Below, piece after piece: positions 1 to 9,513 of a DNA stretch of 47,213 nucleotides (its first letter is position 1; each line of letters begins with the position of its first letter). The stretch covers positions 1 through 47,213 of the forward strand of contig JACNFT010000055.1 in NCBI GenBank assembly GCA_014384505.1, given 5' to 3'. The notes beneath the pieces are model-generated. The model was not told the DNA's origin, did no database searches, and saw nothing but the letters and a program-made list of their open reading frames with translations. The DNA comes from Cryomorphaceae bacterium. GTDB lineage: Bacteria > Bacteroidota > Bacteroidia > Flavobacteriales > BACL11. The position numbers and the translations under genes were made by a program.

Positions 1-110
1 GGTAGGGCTTCTTCTTTAATCTTGTCATAGCGAACCTTTAGGTGTGGCTATCTATTTGTTCGCAAAGACATTTATTCAATAATTATTTTCTACTGTACCA
101 TTATAATAAA

Positions 111-140
111 AGCAAGAGCCAATTGGCTCTTGCTTTATAT
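111..140 (-). terminator. Rho-independent-type hairpin downstream of the 155..451 lipoprotein gene (could act bidirectionally)
   Basis: Perfect 10-bp inverted repeat agcaagagcc/aatt/ggctcttgct (111-134), flanked by T-rich sequence on both strands. It lies about 20 nt past the stop of the minus-strand gene. Confidence 0.6.
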
Positions 141-154
141 TTTTTATTGCAGAA

Positions 155-451
155 TTATTTACACTCGTAATAGACTCTATAATCTGTTGTTCCATCTCCA
201 TCCATATCATATGTCATTTCCGTATCCTCCATTGTATCTAAGTCATCACCACAAAACTCACTATCAGAAACCTGTATAGTAGCATTCATATATTCCTCAA
301 AAGTAGCATAGCCTAACATTTCTGCCAGTTCTTGAAAATCTGCCTCCAATGCACCATTAATAAATTCATATTTCTGTTCGCAATCCTTACATTTTTTACA
401 TGATGTTAACATCATCCCTGCTACTGCAATTAATAAAAATACTTTTTTCAT
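155..451 (-). CDS. small secreted lipoprotein, Cys-rich N-part, strongly acidic C-part (hypothetical)
   Basis: 98-aa ORF with lipoprotein-type signal MKKVFLLIAVAGMMLTSC. Has CKKCKDC, an acidic DMDGDGTTD loop and a C-terminal YYECK. Followed by a hairpin terminator. Confidence 0.6.
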   Translation of the reverse strand: MKKVFLLIAVAGMMLTSCKKCKDCEQKYEFINGALEADFQELAEMLGYATFEEYMNATIQVSDSEFCGDDLDTMEDTEMTYDMDGDGTTDYRVYYECK

Positions 452-515
452 TGTTTAACTAATTTAAATTTTGCATACTCTAAAATGGTTTTCGGCTTGC
501 CCTATCATTAGGTTT

Positions 516-523
516 CAAATGTA
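516..523 (-). promoter_or_regulatory. candidate -7 box TAcaTTTG (Bacteroidota sigma-A consensus TAnnTTTG) for the 155..451 gene
   Basis: Plus-strand caaatgta equals minus-strand TACATTTG, about 65 nt upstream of the ATG at 451. Confidence 0.35.
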
Positions 524-543
524 TTATTTTTATTTTTATTTTT

Positions 544-571
544 GTTATATGTTATATGTTATATGTTATAT
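544..571. repeat. tandem heptamer GTTATAT x4
   Basis: gttatat gttatat gttatat gttatat read directly; preceded by (tattttt)-like T-rich repeats at 523-543. Confidence 0.9.
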
Positions 572-615
572 TTTTATTCAAATTTACCCTAGTAATCCAA
601 TCTGAAAACCAAAAC

Positions 616-693
616 CAAAGTAGTTGTAAAAGCCATCAAAGTAGTTGTAAAAGCTATCAAAGTAGTTGTTTTAGCTATCAAAGTACTTGTAAT
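616..693. repeat. 21-bp tandem direct repeat, about 3.7 copies (caaagtagttgtaaaagcyat)
   Basis: Copies at 616-636, 637-657 and 658-678, plus a partial copy at 679-693, with 1-4 mismatches. Intergenic, between the stop of 746..1150 and the promoter of 155..451. Confidence 0.9.
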
Positions 694-727
694 AAAAAAA
701 CCAGCAAATTGCTTTGCTGGTTTTTCC
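694..727 (-). terminator. Rho-independent terminator of the PUR-like gene (bidirectional-looking)
   Basis: ccagcaaa-ttgc-tttgctgg hairpin (701-720), with an A7 run on the left (a T-run on the minus strand) and T5 on the right. It lies 26 nt past the stop at 746. Confidence 0.75.
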
Positions 728-745
728 ACTTGTTTTTGGGATTAC

Positions 746-1150
746 TTAGTCTTTCCCTAAATCATCAAAATTAACTTCAGTAAAGTCAGTTGATGATGAT
801 TCTTCATCTTGTACGGGTTTAGGGGTAGTTTTTGTTTCAATTTTATTTTCTTCTTTCACTTCCTCTGTTTTCTTTTCTGTATTAGAAATTACTTCCTCTC
901 CTTTTTCTTTAATTATATAATCGCTTACTTCATTTAAAGCTTCTTTGAACTTTGCGAAATCTTCCTTGTACAGGTATATTTTATGTTTCTTGTAAAAAGG
1001 GGTTCCGTCCTCATTAAAATCACGCTTACTCTCGGTAACGGTCATGTAATAGTCCTCTGCTCTTGTCGATCTTACATCAAAAAAATAAGTTCTTCTTCCT
1101 GCACGAACCGATTTTGAAAAAATTTCTTCTATATCTCTGTTTTCAGCCAT
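746..1150 (-). CDS. PUR-alpha-like ssDNA/RNA-binding protein (DUF3276 family)
   Basis: 134 aa. SKSVRAGRRTYFFDVRSTRAEDYYMTVTESKR...HKIYLYKEDFAKF matches my memory of the Bacteroidota DUF3276/PUR family. Low-complexity Glu/Lys-rich tail. Confidence 0.75.
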   Translation of the reverse strand: MAENRDIEEIFSKSVRAGRRTYFFDVRSTRAEDYYMTVTESKRDFNEDGTPFYKKHKIYLYKEDFAKFKEALNEVSDYIIKEKGEEVISNTEKKTEEVKEENKIETKTTPKPVQDEESSSTDFTEVNFDDLGKD

Positions 1151-1199
1151 CTGTAATTTTTTTTAAAAGCCAAATATATTAAAATATATTAAGTAGTAG

Positions 1200-2945
1200 T
1201 TACGATTCTTTATTTGTCTGTATTTGATGCATCTCGAAATAAAATCCTTTTTGGCTAAGTAATTCACTGTGCGAACCGGATTCTGTTATCTCTCCATTGT
1301 CAAGTACTATAATTTTATCAGCATCTTTCAGGGTTGATATTCTGTGCGAAATAATAATACTGCTTTTTGCCTTACTTTCTACTTTCAATTGTTTTAAAAT
1401 TCTTTGTTCTTTCGTTGCATCAATTGCGGATAGACAGTCATCAAAAATATAAAGGCTAGGGTTTTTGTAAAAAGTTCTTGCAATGGCAAGCCTTTGTCTT
1501 TGTCCGCCAGATAGCTGTACACCTCTTTCGCCTATTATAGTGTCCAATCCTTCTTTAAAATTATTTATTTCATCTAAAATATCTGCTTTTTTAGCAGCTT
1601 CAATTATTTTTTGGTTATCAATAGTGTCACTTGAAAAAGCAATATTTTCTCTTATTGTTCCCGAAAATAAATAACCGTCCTGCGGAATGTAGCCTATGGC
1701 AGTTCTTAAACTATTTAGGTTTAAATTTTTAATGTTCGTATTTCCAAAGCTAATACTACCAGTTGAGGTGTCGTACAAGCGGCAAACTAGGTTAGCAATA
1801 GTTGATTTCCCACTTCCTGTTTTACCAAATATACCAAGCGTGTTTCCTTGTTTTAGTCTAAAGCTTAGGTTTTTCAGGGCCTGAATATTAGTGTCAGTAT
1901 AACTTAAATTAACTTCATTAAACACAATATCGCCTTCAATGGGGGTGTGTTCTGTTGTTTTGTTTTCAATGTCTGAAGTAAGCAATAAAAAGTCGTTTAT
2001 TCTTTCTTGTGAAGCTGCTGCTCTTTGTACTAATGAGGTAATCCAACCAATTGAAGCAACAGGCCAAGCCAACATGTTTACATAAATAATAAACTCAGCA
2101 ATATTTCCTGTACTGATATTTCCTTTAAAGCTTTCCAACCCTCCAATATAAACCGTTAGTACGCTACTAACCCCAATCATGGAAATTATTAAAGGAAAAA
2201 ATAAGGCTTCTATTTTTACGAGTTCTAATTGTCGCTTGGTGTAGCTTTTGCAACTATTCATAAATACCTCTAAGGCATTTTCTTCATTACTAAACGATTT
2301 AATAATTTTTATTCCTGAAAAAGTTTCCTGAGCAACAGTAGTAATATCCGAAAGTTGTGCTTGCACTTTTTCACTTCTTTTATTCATAGTACTACTTACA
2401 AAATAAACTGAAACAGCAAGTATAGGTAAAGGCAAAAGCACAAAAAATGTTAGTGTTGTACTTATACTTAGCATTTTACTAATCACCAGTAAAAACAAGA
2501 TAAATATATTGATGGCATACATAAGGGCAGGACCTAAGTACATGCGCACTCTACTTACATCTTCCGATATTCTATTCATCAAATCGCCAGTTTTATTTTT
2601 TTTGTAAAACGAGATGCTTAAAGCTTGATATTGTTGATAGATTTCATTCTTTAAATCATATTCTATTTTCCTTGATATTACAATAATGGTCTGTCGCATG
2701 AAATACATAAAGATACCTTTGAGTATGGCAAACAAAACAATTAAGCTACCATATTTTATGAGTATCTCACTTGTGTTCGAACTGTTTCCCGTATTCATGC
2801 TAAGAATTACTGCATCAAAGGCTTTCCTTACAAATTCAGCAGGGTATAAGGCAAATAAGTTGGCTATGATAATAAAAACCGTACCTATTGCTAGTAATGT
2901 TCGGTATTTCCAAAAGAATTTATTGAGGTAAAATAAGTGTTTCAT
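1200..2945 (-). CDS. ABC transporter, fused permease/ATP-binding exporter (MsbA-like type)
   Basis: N-terminal multi-TM domain. Walker A GKTGSGKST, signature LSGGQRQR, Walker B LYIFDD, H-loop SHR. The track ORF starts at a TTG at 3002; the ATG at 2945 (MKHLFYLNKFFWKYR) looks like the real start. Confidence 0.9.
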   Translation of the reverse strand: MKHLFYLNKFFWKYRTLLAIGTVFIIIANLFALYPAEFVRKAFDAVILSMNTGNSSNTSEILIKYGSLIVLFAILKGIFMYFMRQTIIVISRKIEYDLKNEIYQQYQALSISFYKKNKTGDLMNRISEDVSRVRMYLGPALMYAINIFILFLLVISKMLSISTTLTFFVLLPLPILAVSVYFVSSTMNKRSEKVQAQLSDITTVAQETFSGIKIIKSFSNEENALEVFMNSCKSYTKRQLELVKIEALFFPLIISMIGVSSVLTVYIGGLESFKGNISTGNIAEFIIYVNMLAWPVASIGWITSLVQRAAASQERINDFLLLTSDIENKTTEHTPIEGDIVFNEVNLSYTDTNIQALKNLSFRLKQGNTLGIFGKTGSGKSTIANLVCRLYDTSTGSISFGNTNIKNLNLNSLRTAIGYIPQDGYLFSGTIRENIAFSSDTIDNQKIIEAAKKADILDEINNFKEGLDTIIGERGVQLSGGQRQRLAIARTFYKNPSLYIFDDCLSAIDATKEQRILKQLKVESKAKSSIIISHRISTLKDADKIIVLDNGEITESGSHSELLSQKGFYFEMHQIQTNKES

Positions 2946-3078
2946 TAATTGTTGAGTTACTTTATTTAAAAAGCCAAAAATAATAAGTAAATTCGCGTCC
3001 AATTTAAAAATGAGAAGAAATTAATTTTTAAAGTAGATTTATCTGATTAAATAATTTAATTTAATACAAGAAAAAGAA

Positions 3079-4164
3079 ATGGCATTAACAGAAATAAAAG
3101 CTAAAAAAGAAGGATTGGTAATGAGTGAAATGAGTTTAATGGGGCATGAACAAGTTATTTTTTGCAATGATGCGGAAACAGGATTAAAAGCAATTATTGC
3201 TATTCACGATACAACTTTAGGTCCCGCTCTTGGTGGTACGCGTATGTGGGATTATGCTAATGAAGAGGATGCTATTCAGGATGTGTTGCGTTTGTCAAGA
3301 GGGATGTCATTTAAAGCTGCTATTTCTGGTTTGGAATTAGGAGGTGGTAAAGCGGTTATTATTGGAGACGCTAAAACTGAAAAAACGGAAGCGTTAATGC
3401 GTAAATTTGGTCAGTATGTCGACAGCTTAGGGGGTAAATATATTACTGCTGAGGATGTTGGTATGAATACTAAAGATATGGAGTATGTACGCATGGAAAC
3501 TAAGCATGTAACAGGAATTCCTGAAAGCATGGGAGGTAGTGGTGATCCTTCACCAGTTACTGCTTTTGGTGTGTTTATGGGAATGAAAGCTTCTGCAAAA
3601 TACAAATGGGGAAGTGATAATTTAGACGGTAAAACAGTACTTGTACAAGGAATTGGGCATGTAGGGGAAAACCTAGTAAAACATTTAACGGATGATGGTG
3701 CTAATGTAATTATCAATGATATTAATGAAACACGATTGGCTGAGCTTGCTCAGCAGTATGGAGCCAAAATTGTAATGGGTGATGCTATTTATGATTTGGA
3801 TATTGATATTTACGCTCCATGTGCTTTAGGTGCAACAGTAAACCCTAACACGATTAGCCGATTGAAATGTGAAATAATTGCAGGTGCTGCTAATAATCAG
3901 TTAGCTGATGAGGTAAGAGATGGGCAATTGTGTACAGATAAAGGAATTGTTTATGCTCCTGATTTTTTAATTAATGCTGGAGGTTTGATTAATGTTTATT
4001 CTGAAATTCATGGATATGATAGAGAGCATGCTATTAACCAAACAAGAGCAATTTATAATACAACGTTAGAAATTTTAAAGAAAGCAGAATTAGAGAGTAT
4101 AACAACTCATGCTGCTGCTTTAGAGATAGCTGAACAAAGAATTAATGATAGAAAAAACGCGTAA
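3079..4164 (+). CDS. Glu/Leu/Phe/Val dehydrogenase family, leucine-dehydrogenase-like
   Basis: 361 aa. GPALGGTRMW, catalytic-Lys region GGGKAVIIGD, Rossmann GIGHVGENL. Length is typical of Leu/Phe dehydrogenases. Confidence 0.85.
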   Translation: MALTEIKAKKEGLVMSEMSLMGHEQVIFCNDAETGLKAIIAIHDTTLGPALGGTRMWDYANEEDAIQDVLRLSRGMSFKAAISGLELGGGKAVIIGDAKTEKTEALMRKFGQYVDSLGGKYITAEDVGMNTKDMEYVRMETKHVTGIPESMGGSGDPSPVTAFGVFMGMKASAKYKWGSDNLDGKTVLVQGIGHVGENLVKHLTDDGANVIINDINETRLAELAQQYGAKIVMGDAIYDLDIDIYAPCALGATVNPNTISRLKCEIIAGAANNQLADEVRDGQLCTDKGIVYAPDFLINAGGLINVYSEIHGYDREHAINQTRAIYNTTLEILKKAELESITTHAAALEIAEQRINDRKNA

Positions 4165-4170
4165 TTTCAG

Positions 4171-5100
4171 ATGCTAAGTAGAAGACATATCAGGTTAAAA
4201 GTAATGCAATCATTGTATTCATATTTTACAGTAAAGGAGGATAATATGCCAGTTGCTGAGCGTGCAATGCTAAAACATATTAATGAAGTAGTAGAACTTA
4301 ATTTAGTGATTATTTCTTTATTGATTGAGTTGGTGAAACATGCTGATAATTTCTTTGAACAAGGTAAGAAAAAACACTTACCATCTGCTAATGATTTGAA
4401 TCCTAATAGACGATTTGTTGAAAATAAAATTATTGCACTAATCCGTGACGATAATCCTTTGATGCATAAGGTAAGTAGAGTCTCAGGTATTTGGTTAAAG
4501 AATGATCATGATGTTGTAAGAAAGTTATTCTCTGAACTGTTTAAATCAGAATTATATACAAAATATATTTCTACAGAGGAAAAAGGAGTTGATGTTGATC
4601 AAAGATTTATTGTAAATGCATTGAATGAAATTATATTGAACAATGAGTTAGTACATCATATACTAGAAGAAAGAAGTATATACTGGACGGATGACTTGCC
4701 ATTTGTTGCCGCTATTGTTATGGGACAGATTAAGTCAAATAAAATCATTAAGCCTGATTCAGCATTTAAGGATGATTCGGATGAAAAATTTGCATTAAAA
4801 TTATTTCGTAATACAATAAATAACAACAAAGAGTATGAGGATATAATTGTAAAATTCTCAAAAAACTGGGAATTAGATCGTATTGCAATTATGGATCAAT
4901 TATTCTTAAAAATGGCTTTTGCTGAAATTTTTTCAATGGAAGATTTGCCCGTAAAAGTTTCTATGAATGAATATATTGAAATTTCAAAATATTATGGCGC
5001 AGCAAAAAGCAAACTGTTTGTGAATGGTTTGTTGGACAATGTAGTAAAAACCTATACTAGAGAAGGGAAAATTAAAAAAATAGGGAGAGGATTAGTTTAA
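4171..5100 (+). CDS. nusB: transcription antitermination factor NusB (long Bacteroidota form)
   Basis: 309 aa. N-terminal RRHIRLKVMQSLY; C-terminal NusB core DRIAIMD...EYIEISKYYG...FVNGLLD; nusB-DUF1573-yajC synteny. Confidence 0.8.
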   Translation: MLSRRHIRLKVMQSLYSYFTVKEDNMPVAERAMLKHINEVVELNLVIISLLIELVKHADNFFEQGKKKHLPSANDLNPNRRFVENKIIALIRDDNPLMHKVSRVSGIWLKNDHDVVRKLFSELFKSELYTKYISTEEKGVDVDQRFIVNALNEIILNNELVHHILEERSIYWTDDLPFVAAIVMGQIKSNKIIKPDSAFKDDSDEKFALKLFRNTINNNKEYEDIIVKFSKNWELDRIAIMDQLFLKMAFAEIFSMEDLPVKVSMNEYIEISKYYGAAKSKLFVNGLLDNVVKTYTREGKIKKIGRGLV

Positions 5101-5131
5101 AAAAACCTTATTTTTGAAATCAAAAATTAAA

Positions 5132-5584
5132 ATGAAGCAACTTATCTTATTATTAGTATCCTTAGCGTTAGTTTCTTGTAACTTATCATCAGATGAAAAG
5201 ACAATAACTACCGACTTAGTGAATAGCCCACTTACAGCAAATAGCAATGCTGAAAAAGTATTGACACCTAACATTGAAATGCTCGAAACGAGTTACAATT
5301 TTGGTGAAATGCTACAAGGTGAATCAGTTACACATGACTTTATTCTAAAAAATACTGGTGAGGCTGACCTTATAATTTCAGCTGCAAAAGGAAGTTGTGG
5401 TTGTACAGTGCCTGAGTGGCCTAAAACACCAATTGCAAAAGGGGAAGAGGCTGCAATTAAAGTTACTTTCAATAGTGCAGGGAAATCAGGAAAACAAAAT
5501 AAAACCGTTACTTTGGTGACCAATGCAATGCCAAATACTAAAGTATTAACTATAAATGGGAATGTAATTGTTCCTCAAAATTAA
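5132..5584 (+). CDS. DUF1573 domain lipoprotein
   Basis: Lipoprotein signal MKQLILLLVSLALVSC. GSCGCTVPEWPKTPIAKGE motif characteristic of DUF1573. The track start at 5114 is a TTG; the ATG at 5132 is preferred. Confidence 0.8.
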   Translation: MKQLILLLVSLALVSCNLSSDEKTITTDLVNSPLTANSNAEKVLTPNIEMLETSYNFGEMLQGESVTHDFILKNTGEADLIISAAKGSCGCTVPEWPKTPIAKGEEAAIKVTFNSAGKSGKQNKTVTLVTNAMPNTKVLTINGNVIVPQN

Positions 5585-5589
5585 TAAAT

Positions 5590-5883
5590 ATGATATTATT
5601 ACAATCAGCAGGAACGGGAACTTCATCATTAATTATGTTCGGTATGATATTTGCCGTAATGTATTTTTTTATGATTCGTCCGCAAATAAAAAAACAAAAG
5701 CAAGAGCGTGAATACCGTTCAGCATTAAAAATTGGAGATTCAGTAATTACTATTGGTGGTATTTATGGTAAAGTTACGGATGTAAAGGAAGATGCTGTTG
5801 TTGTTGAAGTGCATGGAGGTACAAAGTTAAAAATAGCTAAAACTGCAGTTTCAATGACAGGTGAATCTGGTATAGAGAAATAA
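5590..5883 (+). CDS. yajC: preprotein translocase subunit YajC
   Basis: 97 aa, single TM, then FFMIRPQIKKQK...GDSVITIGGIYGKV, typical of YajC. Confidence 0.85.
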   Translation: MILLQSAGTGTSSLIMFGMIFAVMYFFMIRPQIKKQKQEREYRSALKIGDSVITIGGIYGKVTDVKEDAVVVEVHGGTKLKIAKTAVSMTGESGIEK

Positions 5884-5885
5884 TA

Positions 5886-6869
5886 ATGATTGAGCGCTTA
5901 AAAAACAGAATACGTAGTTTTTTTAAGTCAGCATCAAATAATAAAAGGATAACTACTTACGCTTTATTTCTTTTTATTTCTCTCTCGTTTTGGTTTTTAA
6001 GTATGTTGTCCAAGCAGCATGAAACAACCTTAAAAGTTCCTCTTATTTATAGTAATTTCCCAGCTGATAAATTAGTGTCAGCTCCAGTTGCTAATTTTGT
6101 TGAGGTTAGAGTGAAAGCGCCAGGATTTTCTATTTTATTTTATAATCTGTTTAATTTTTCCAAACTAAGTTTGGATATTGATAAGGCAAACACTAAGCCT
6201 AATAAAGGGGGGAGTGAAGTGTTTTGGATAATGAATGCTAAGCGAAAAGCTGTGGTTGAAATTATTTCTACTTCTATGGAGCTACTTGATATAAGTCCCG
6301 AAAGGTTAGTTATACCCTTTAGTGATAAAGCCAAAAAGAAAGTGGCTATTAAACTTAATCAAACCATTAGTTTGAAAGCTGAAATGTGGTTTGCAAATCC
6401 GATTATTTTAATTCCTGATAGTATTATGATTTATGGAGAGAAACAACAATTGGATACCATAGATTTCATTGATACAGAAGAGCTTTTATTGACAGATGTT
6501 AGTGAAAGCAATAGTAATAAAGTATCCCTTAGTATTCCTGACCAGGTACAATGTAAAATAAAAAATATTGAGGTTATAATTGAGGTAGAGCCTTTTGTGG
6601 AACAACTTATAGAATACAAGGTGCAAGTAGTGAACTTAAAAAAGGGATATACTATTAAGTTGTTTCCTGAAGTAGTACAAGTAACCCTTAGGGCGCCAAA
6701 AGATAAATACAGTATGCTACAAACTGATTTTTTAACATTAAAAGTAGATGCTTCTCTTATTTCAACCGAAAATTCAACCTTAGCTGTTGAGGTGGAAAGT
6801 TTGCCTTCCTTTATTAAATTGCAAAGGGTATATCCTTCAAGGCTTGAATTCTTACTGATTAAGGAGTAA
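5886..6869 (+). CDS. YbbR-like domain protein (CdaR family)
   Basis: 327 aa. N-terminal TM, then repeated beta-rich modules. The position after yajC is conserved in Flavobacteriia, from memory. Confidence 0.6.
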   Translation: MIERLKNRIRSFFKSASNNKRITTYALFLFISLSFWFLSMLSKQHETTLKVPLIYSNFPADKLVSAPVANFVEVRVKAPGFSILFYNLFNFSKLSLDIDKANTKPNKGGSEVFWIMNAKRKAVVEIISTSMELLDISPERLVIPFSDKAKKKVAIKLNQTISLKAEMWFANPIILIPDSIMIYGEKQQLDTIDFIDTEELLLTDVSESNSNKVSLSIPDQVQCKIKNIEVIIEVEPFVEQLIEYKVQVVNLKKGYTIKLFPEVVQVTLRAPKDKYSMLQTDFLTLKVDASLISTENSTLAVEVESLPSFIKLQRVYPSRLEFLLIKE

Positions 6870-7919
6870 TGAATCATTAATCTCCACCTCACAACTTACC
6901 GCATAATGATCAGATAATTTCTGCTTGTGTTTGGTGTAATTATAGCTTTTAAACCTTTCGGTATGCAAAATATAATCAATACGTAAAGCAGGCAGTTTTA
7001 CAAAGCTTTGTCCAATTCCTTTTCCTGATTCTTTAAAGGCATCTTTAAGGTTTTCACTAATCGTATTGTAAGCATAGGAAAGTGGGGTGTCATTAAAGTC
7101 CCCACACAAAATAATTAGATAGGGTGAGCTTTGCATATGCTCCTTAATTGCTCGGGCTTCTTCAGCTCTTTTTTTATAGCTACTTTTCATTCTTTCAACT
7201 ATCCCTTTTATGCCTTCTTTTAGGGTTTCTTTTTTAGGATTTTGTAAAAATGAATAATCACTATTCTTAAACCAATTAGAGGCCAAATGAACATTGTAAA
7301 CGCGTATTGTATCTGTACCTATAAGTAGGTCGGAATAAATGCAAATATTGTTCATACGCTCTCCTTTTATGCTTACAGTCGATTTGTTTATTTGAGGGAA
7401 GTTACTGTAGATAGCCATGTGCCATTGATCCTTTTTGCTTTGTAAGCCTATGTGTTTATGCACATAATTTAAAGTTGGAATTTTATCGGGGGTGTAAAAT
7501 TCTTGTATGCAAAGTATGTCTGCTTTTTCAGTTTTTAAAAAAGCTACTATTTCTGATTTTATATCAGGTTTTGCTATCCATCCGTAGCGATTGAAAAGAC
7601 GTACATTATAGGAAAGCACTTTAATGCTATCAGTATTTTCAGTTGTTTTGGGCTGAGTGCCAAAAAACAAACCTATGTATTGTATGCCGATTAGCAATAT
7701 GATAATATTTGCCCAAATTTGTTTTTTAAAACCAATTATCCAATAAATAAGAAATAAAATATTTACAATGTAAAAAATAGGGAATAGCAAGCCAAAAAAG
7801 GAAATAGGCCAAAAAAATGTGGGACTTATATAAGGAGATAAATAGGAAAGAAGTAACAATAGTAAACAAATGGAATTTGTTAGATAAAGAAGTTTGTTAA
7901 TGAGTGAAAGTCCTTTCAT
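6852..7919 (-). CDS. membrane-anchored endonuclease/exonuclease/phosphatase (EEP) family protein
   Basis: N-terminal TM helices, then EEP motifs: LSYNVRLFN, ADILCIQE, GDFND, SDHYAV. The ATG at 7919 avoids overlap with the upstream rhomboid gene. The 3' end overlaps the convergent YbbR gene by 18 nt. Confidence 0.85.
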   Translation of the reverse strand: MKGLSLINKLLYLTNSICLLLLLLSYLSPYISPTFFWPISFFGLLFPIFYIVNILFLIYWIIGFKKQIWANIIILLIGIQYIGLFFGTQPKTTENTDSIKVLSYNVRLFNRYGWIAKPDIKSEIVAFLKTEKADILCIQEFYTPDKIPTLNYVHKHIGLQSKKDQWHMAIYSNFPQINKSTVSIKGERMNNICIYSDLLIGTDTIRVYNVHLASNWFKNSDYSFLQNPKKETLKEGIKGIVERMKSSYKKRAEEARAIKEHMQSSPYLIILCGDFNDTPLSYAYNTISENLKDAFKESGKGIGQSFVKLPALRIDYILHTERFKSYNYTKHKQKLSDHYAVSCEVEINDSLLLNQ

Positions 7920-7920
7920 T

Positions 7921-8799
7921 TTATTTTTTACTAGCACTAAATAAAGTTGCCTTTTCTTCTTTGCTTAAGCTTTCATAACCTGATTTTGATATTTTCTCTA
8001 AAACTATATCTACTGCTATTTGCTGTGCTGACTTTTCAGTGTTGAACTGTGTATCTGTCTTTTTTCTTTTGTGTACAGTTTTGAGTTTACTTTTGGGTTT
8101 AAACAAATTGGATATATTATTTATCCATTTTGTAAATCCTATTGAAAAATCATTCCCTTTTTGCAATTGCTTAATGTATAGGTAACCAAATAATGCTCCT
8201 CCTAAATGTGCAATATGTCCTCCTGCATTTCCTTTTGGAATACTTAATAAATCTAGCATAACACTAAAAATAGCTATGTGTTTCAATTTAACAATTCCTA
8301 TAAAAGGGAAACGAACGCTATAGTTTGGCGTGTAAGTGGCAATGGCTACCATAATAGCAAGTACTGCAGCTGATGCACCCAGAGCTTGTGCGTTTTGGGT
8401 GTAAATAGCTAAAGCAGGAATATAGTTATAGGCAATAATAAAGATTAGTCCTCCAGAAATTCCACCTAGTATGTAGGTGCTGAGTAGTTGTTTAGGACTT
8501 AAGTATTGTAAAAATATTTTTCCTGCAAAATGTAACCAAACCATATTAAACAGCAAATGTAAAAAGCCATTATGGAAAAACATATAAGTGATAAACGCCC
8601 AGGGTTGACTAAGCAATCTGCTGTTTTCAGCAGGTAAATAAAGTTGGTTTAAAATAGGCGATAAATTAAACTGAAACATAAAAGAGAATACACCTAAAAT
8701 ACTGAAGAGTAAAAATACACCAACATTTAGATAGATGAGTTTATTCAAGATTGTTCCTTGTTTAAACTCTTGTTTTAGGTTATTTAGAATACTATCCAT
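7921..8799 (-). CDS. rhomboid family intramembrane serine protease (with basic C-terminal extension)
   Basis: 292 aa. HxxxxHxxxN-like FFHNGFLHLLFNM, catalytic GASAAV, and a downstream HLGG histidine. Confidence 0.85.
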   Translation of the reverse strand: MDSILNNLKQEFKQGTILNKLIYLNVGVFLLFSILGVFSFMFQFNLSPILNQLYLPAENSRLLSQPWAFITYMFFHNGFLHLLFNMVWLHFAGKIFLQYLSPKQLLSTYILGGISGGLIFIIAYNYIPALAIYTQNAQALGASAAVLAIMVAIATYTPNYSVRFPFIGIVKLKHIAIFSVMLDLLSIPKGNAGGHIAHLGGALFGYLYIKQLQKGNDFSIGFTKWINNISNLFKPKSKLKTVHKRKKTDTQFNTEKSAQQIAVDIVLEKISKSGYESLSKEEKATLFSASKK

Positions 8800-9512
8800 T
8801 AATAAAATTGAGTATTATTTTTCTGCCAATATTTTAATAAAATAAAGCCAAATAGCATTCCTCCCAAATGAGCAAAGTGTGCTACATTATCGGCAGGATT
8901 ATTGCTTATTCCTGCATATAATTCCATTATTCCATAAATGATAACAAAGTATTTTGCTTTTACTGGAATCGCAAAATAAATATAAAGCAGAGTGTTGGGA
9001 AAAAGCATTCCAAATGCCAATAGAATTCCAAATACCGCACCTGAAGCTCCTACAGTTGGAGTAGATACTAACTGTGTTAGCCTTAAAGAATTTACATTTC
9101 CAGGATTATAACGGCCATTTTTTGCCAGCTCCATAAGTTCAGGAAAACCATTTGCTAATTCTATAATTTGATATTGACTAACAGCCAAATGAACAAAGGC
9201 TGCCCCAATTCCTGTTATCATGTAATAGGTTAAGAATCGTTTTCCTCCCCATACATTTTCTAATATTTTGCCAAACATCCAAAGTGCAAACATGTTAAAC
9301 AATAAATGAGTGAAGTTTCCATGCATAAAAAAATGGGTAATCAACTGATGTGGCATAAAATCAGGTGATTGAAACTGATGGAGAGCAAACAATTTTGTGA
9401 AGTTTATTCCGTAACTTTCTAAGGAAATGGTTGCTAAAAAAAACAAACCATTAATGATGAGTAAATTTTTAACTATTTCGGGTAATTGGCTAAAACTAGA
9501 TGGTCGGTACAT
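8799..9512 (-). CDS. rhomboid family intramembrane serine protease
   Basis: 237 aa. FMHGNFTHLLFNM, catalytic GASGAVFG, AHLGG. Confidence 0.85.
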   Translation of the reverse strand: MYRPSSFSQLPEIVKNLLIINGLFFLATISLESYGINFTKLFALHQFQSPDFMPHQLITHFFMHGNFTHLLFNMFALWMFGKILENVWGGKRFLTYYMITGIGAAFVHLAVSQYQIIELANGFPELMELAKNGRYNPGNVNSLRLTQLVSTPTVGASGAVFGILLAFGMLFPNTLLYIYFAIPVKAKYFVIIYGIMELYAGISNNPADNVAHFAHLGGMLFGFILLKYWQKNNTQFY

Positions 9513-9513
9513 G

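Noticed and set aside
1-30. Possible 3' end of a plus-strand gene at the left edge
   Set aside because: Only 5-9 codons lie before a stop in any frame, which is too short to support a call.
616-693. Possible CRISPR array
   Set aside because: The repeats are head-to-tail with no spacers, only 21 bp long and fewer than 4 copies. No cas genes lie in the window.
556-774. 72-aa track ORF with a QSSCKS(H/Y) heptad repeat, which could be read as a Cys-rich repeat peptide or RiPP-like precursor
   Set aside because: The peptide repeat is just the translation of the 21-bp DNA tandem repeat. The ORF starts inside the GTTATAT repeat, reads through a strong terminator hairpin (701-720) and overlaps the 3' end of the convergent PUR-like gene. 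No modifying enzymes are nearby.
1483-6892. Track ORFs 1483..1674, 1696..1884, 2686..2931, 3411..3716, 5092..5274, 5293..5523, 6140..6334, 6431..6892
   Set aside because: All lie inside and antisense to (or out of frame with) much longer ORFs that have clear family motifs. Their composition is typical of shadow ORFs.
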